Source: Ramazzottius varieornatus (Eukaryota; Animalia; Tardigrada). From it: 64,000 nt of DNA. Both the position numbers and the translations under genes were made by a program. The DNA lies in assembly GCA_001949185.1 (NCBI GenBank), contig BDGG01000012.1, forward strand, positions 1,418,973 to 1,482,972, given 5' to 3'. Every line of letters starts with the position of its first letter. The stretch's first letter is position 1. This document shows positions 63,116 to 64,000 of this stretch, piece by piece. The notes beneath the pieces were generated by a model. That model saw only the letters and a list, made by a program, of their open reading frames with translations. It searched no databases and was not told where the DNA came from.

Positions 63116-64000
63116 ACCACATTCACCTCCTGCTGAAAAACACGATCGGGTAAACCTTTGCAATCTGATTCTGGACTTTATAAAGCCCACTCAGGCTTCT
63201 GTTCATTAATCGCAGGATGGTTTTCCTTCTGAATGTTACTGCTTGTGTTTTTTTTAGGTTGCGATATTGACGAAGGCGAAGCAGGAAACAAAGCACCACC
63301 ACAGAAAAAAAGACACGGAACCACGACGGAACTTCACCAGAGGATGTGGCACCTCCGCATCGCGGTGTGGCCTTCGTGGATATGGAACCCTCACTGTACC
63401 CGGGTGCCGCCAGCATCAATGGGGCGTACTTCGCCAACCCATTCGACAACAACCATGCAGTTTCTGAAGAACACCGGACGGCACAGTGCCGCTCTGGAGA
63501 CGATCAAGGCTGCCAGCAATACTCTGACCACAAAAGGAACGCTCGATCAAGACAGCCGCATCACTGTCATTGCCAAGAGGACGACGGAGTACGTCCCGGA
63601 TCATCACGGTCCAAGCGAACTGCAGGAAGATTCGGCGGTATGTTCGATCTTCGCAAAACGAAGCAGAACCGCATGGTTTTTAATTGCATATAACTTACTG
63701 TCATCGTATTTCAAAATTGATATAGAGTACGTGTATTCTTGATTCGTCACGCTGGTAGCTTTGATGCCATGCATGTTGGCTTAGTTCCTTTTGGTCCGGC
63801 GATGTCTCTAAACTGTGGAACTAATTTTCTGTTCAACAGGCATCGGGGGCGAATTCGAGTCTGTCCTCATCAGCACAATCAAATGTATCTCCACCCGGAC
63901 ATAAAGCTCGATTGTTCCTTGTTGAGAGCGAGATGCACGGCGAAACCATCGTACGCATGAAAATGCCGGTCCAGCCCGCGAAGGGTCGCGAAGTTCCCCA

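Noticed and set aside
63233-63742. Overlapping plus-strand ORFs with an acceptor near 63258 and a donor near 63637
   Set aside because: No recognisable domain and the frame is ambiguous; it may be a TE remnant or part of a gene extending beyond the window.

Overview
Gene-dense window from a compact animal genome with short spliceosomal introns (mostly about 55-90 nt, a minority about 190-380 nt) and roughly balanced GC. Chitin-binding genes and an mwh-like gene suggest an ecdysozoan; a tardigrade such as Ramazzottius is my guess, not a demonstrated assignment. About 18 protein-coding loci can be read, in order: NSD/Mes-4 H3K36 methyltransferase (+), pantothenate kinase (+), EXOSC10/RRP6 (-), a type II membrane mosaic protein with two dead trypsin-like domains (+), UBC9 (-), ASF1 (+), a GBD-FH3-only mwh-like protein (+), secreted PLA2 (+), a divergent SLC13 (+), SNAPC4 (-), pinin (+), a CBM14 chitin-binding protein (+), a chimeric homeobox gene (-), NOG1/GTPBP4 (+), a second CBM14 paralog (+), two tandem GLUT/SLC2 paralogs (-) and a coiled-coil gene (-). 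There is a 275-N gap at 56527-56801. Two highlights stand out. (1) An intact 3-exon gene at 46488-47731 appears to fuse a coiled coil and a P-element/THAP9-transposase-like HTH to a divergent homeodomain with an acidic tail; it is visible only after splicing. (2) A roughly 123-bp palindromic element (core AAGTGGCGCA...TGCGCCACTT) has nine recognisable copies, all inside introns. Other notes include several unrelated MITE/foldback elements, GC-AG introns, and a shifted intron between the GLUT paralogs. All exon boundaries were read by eye.
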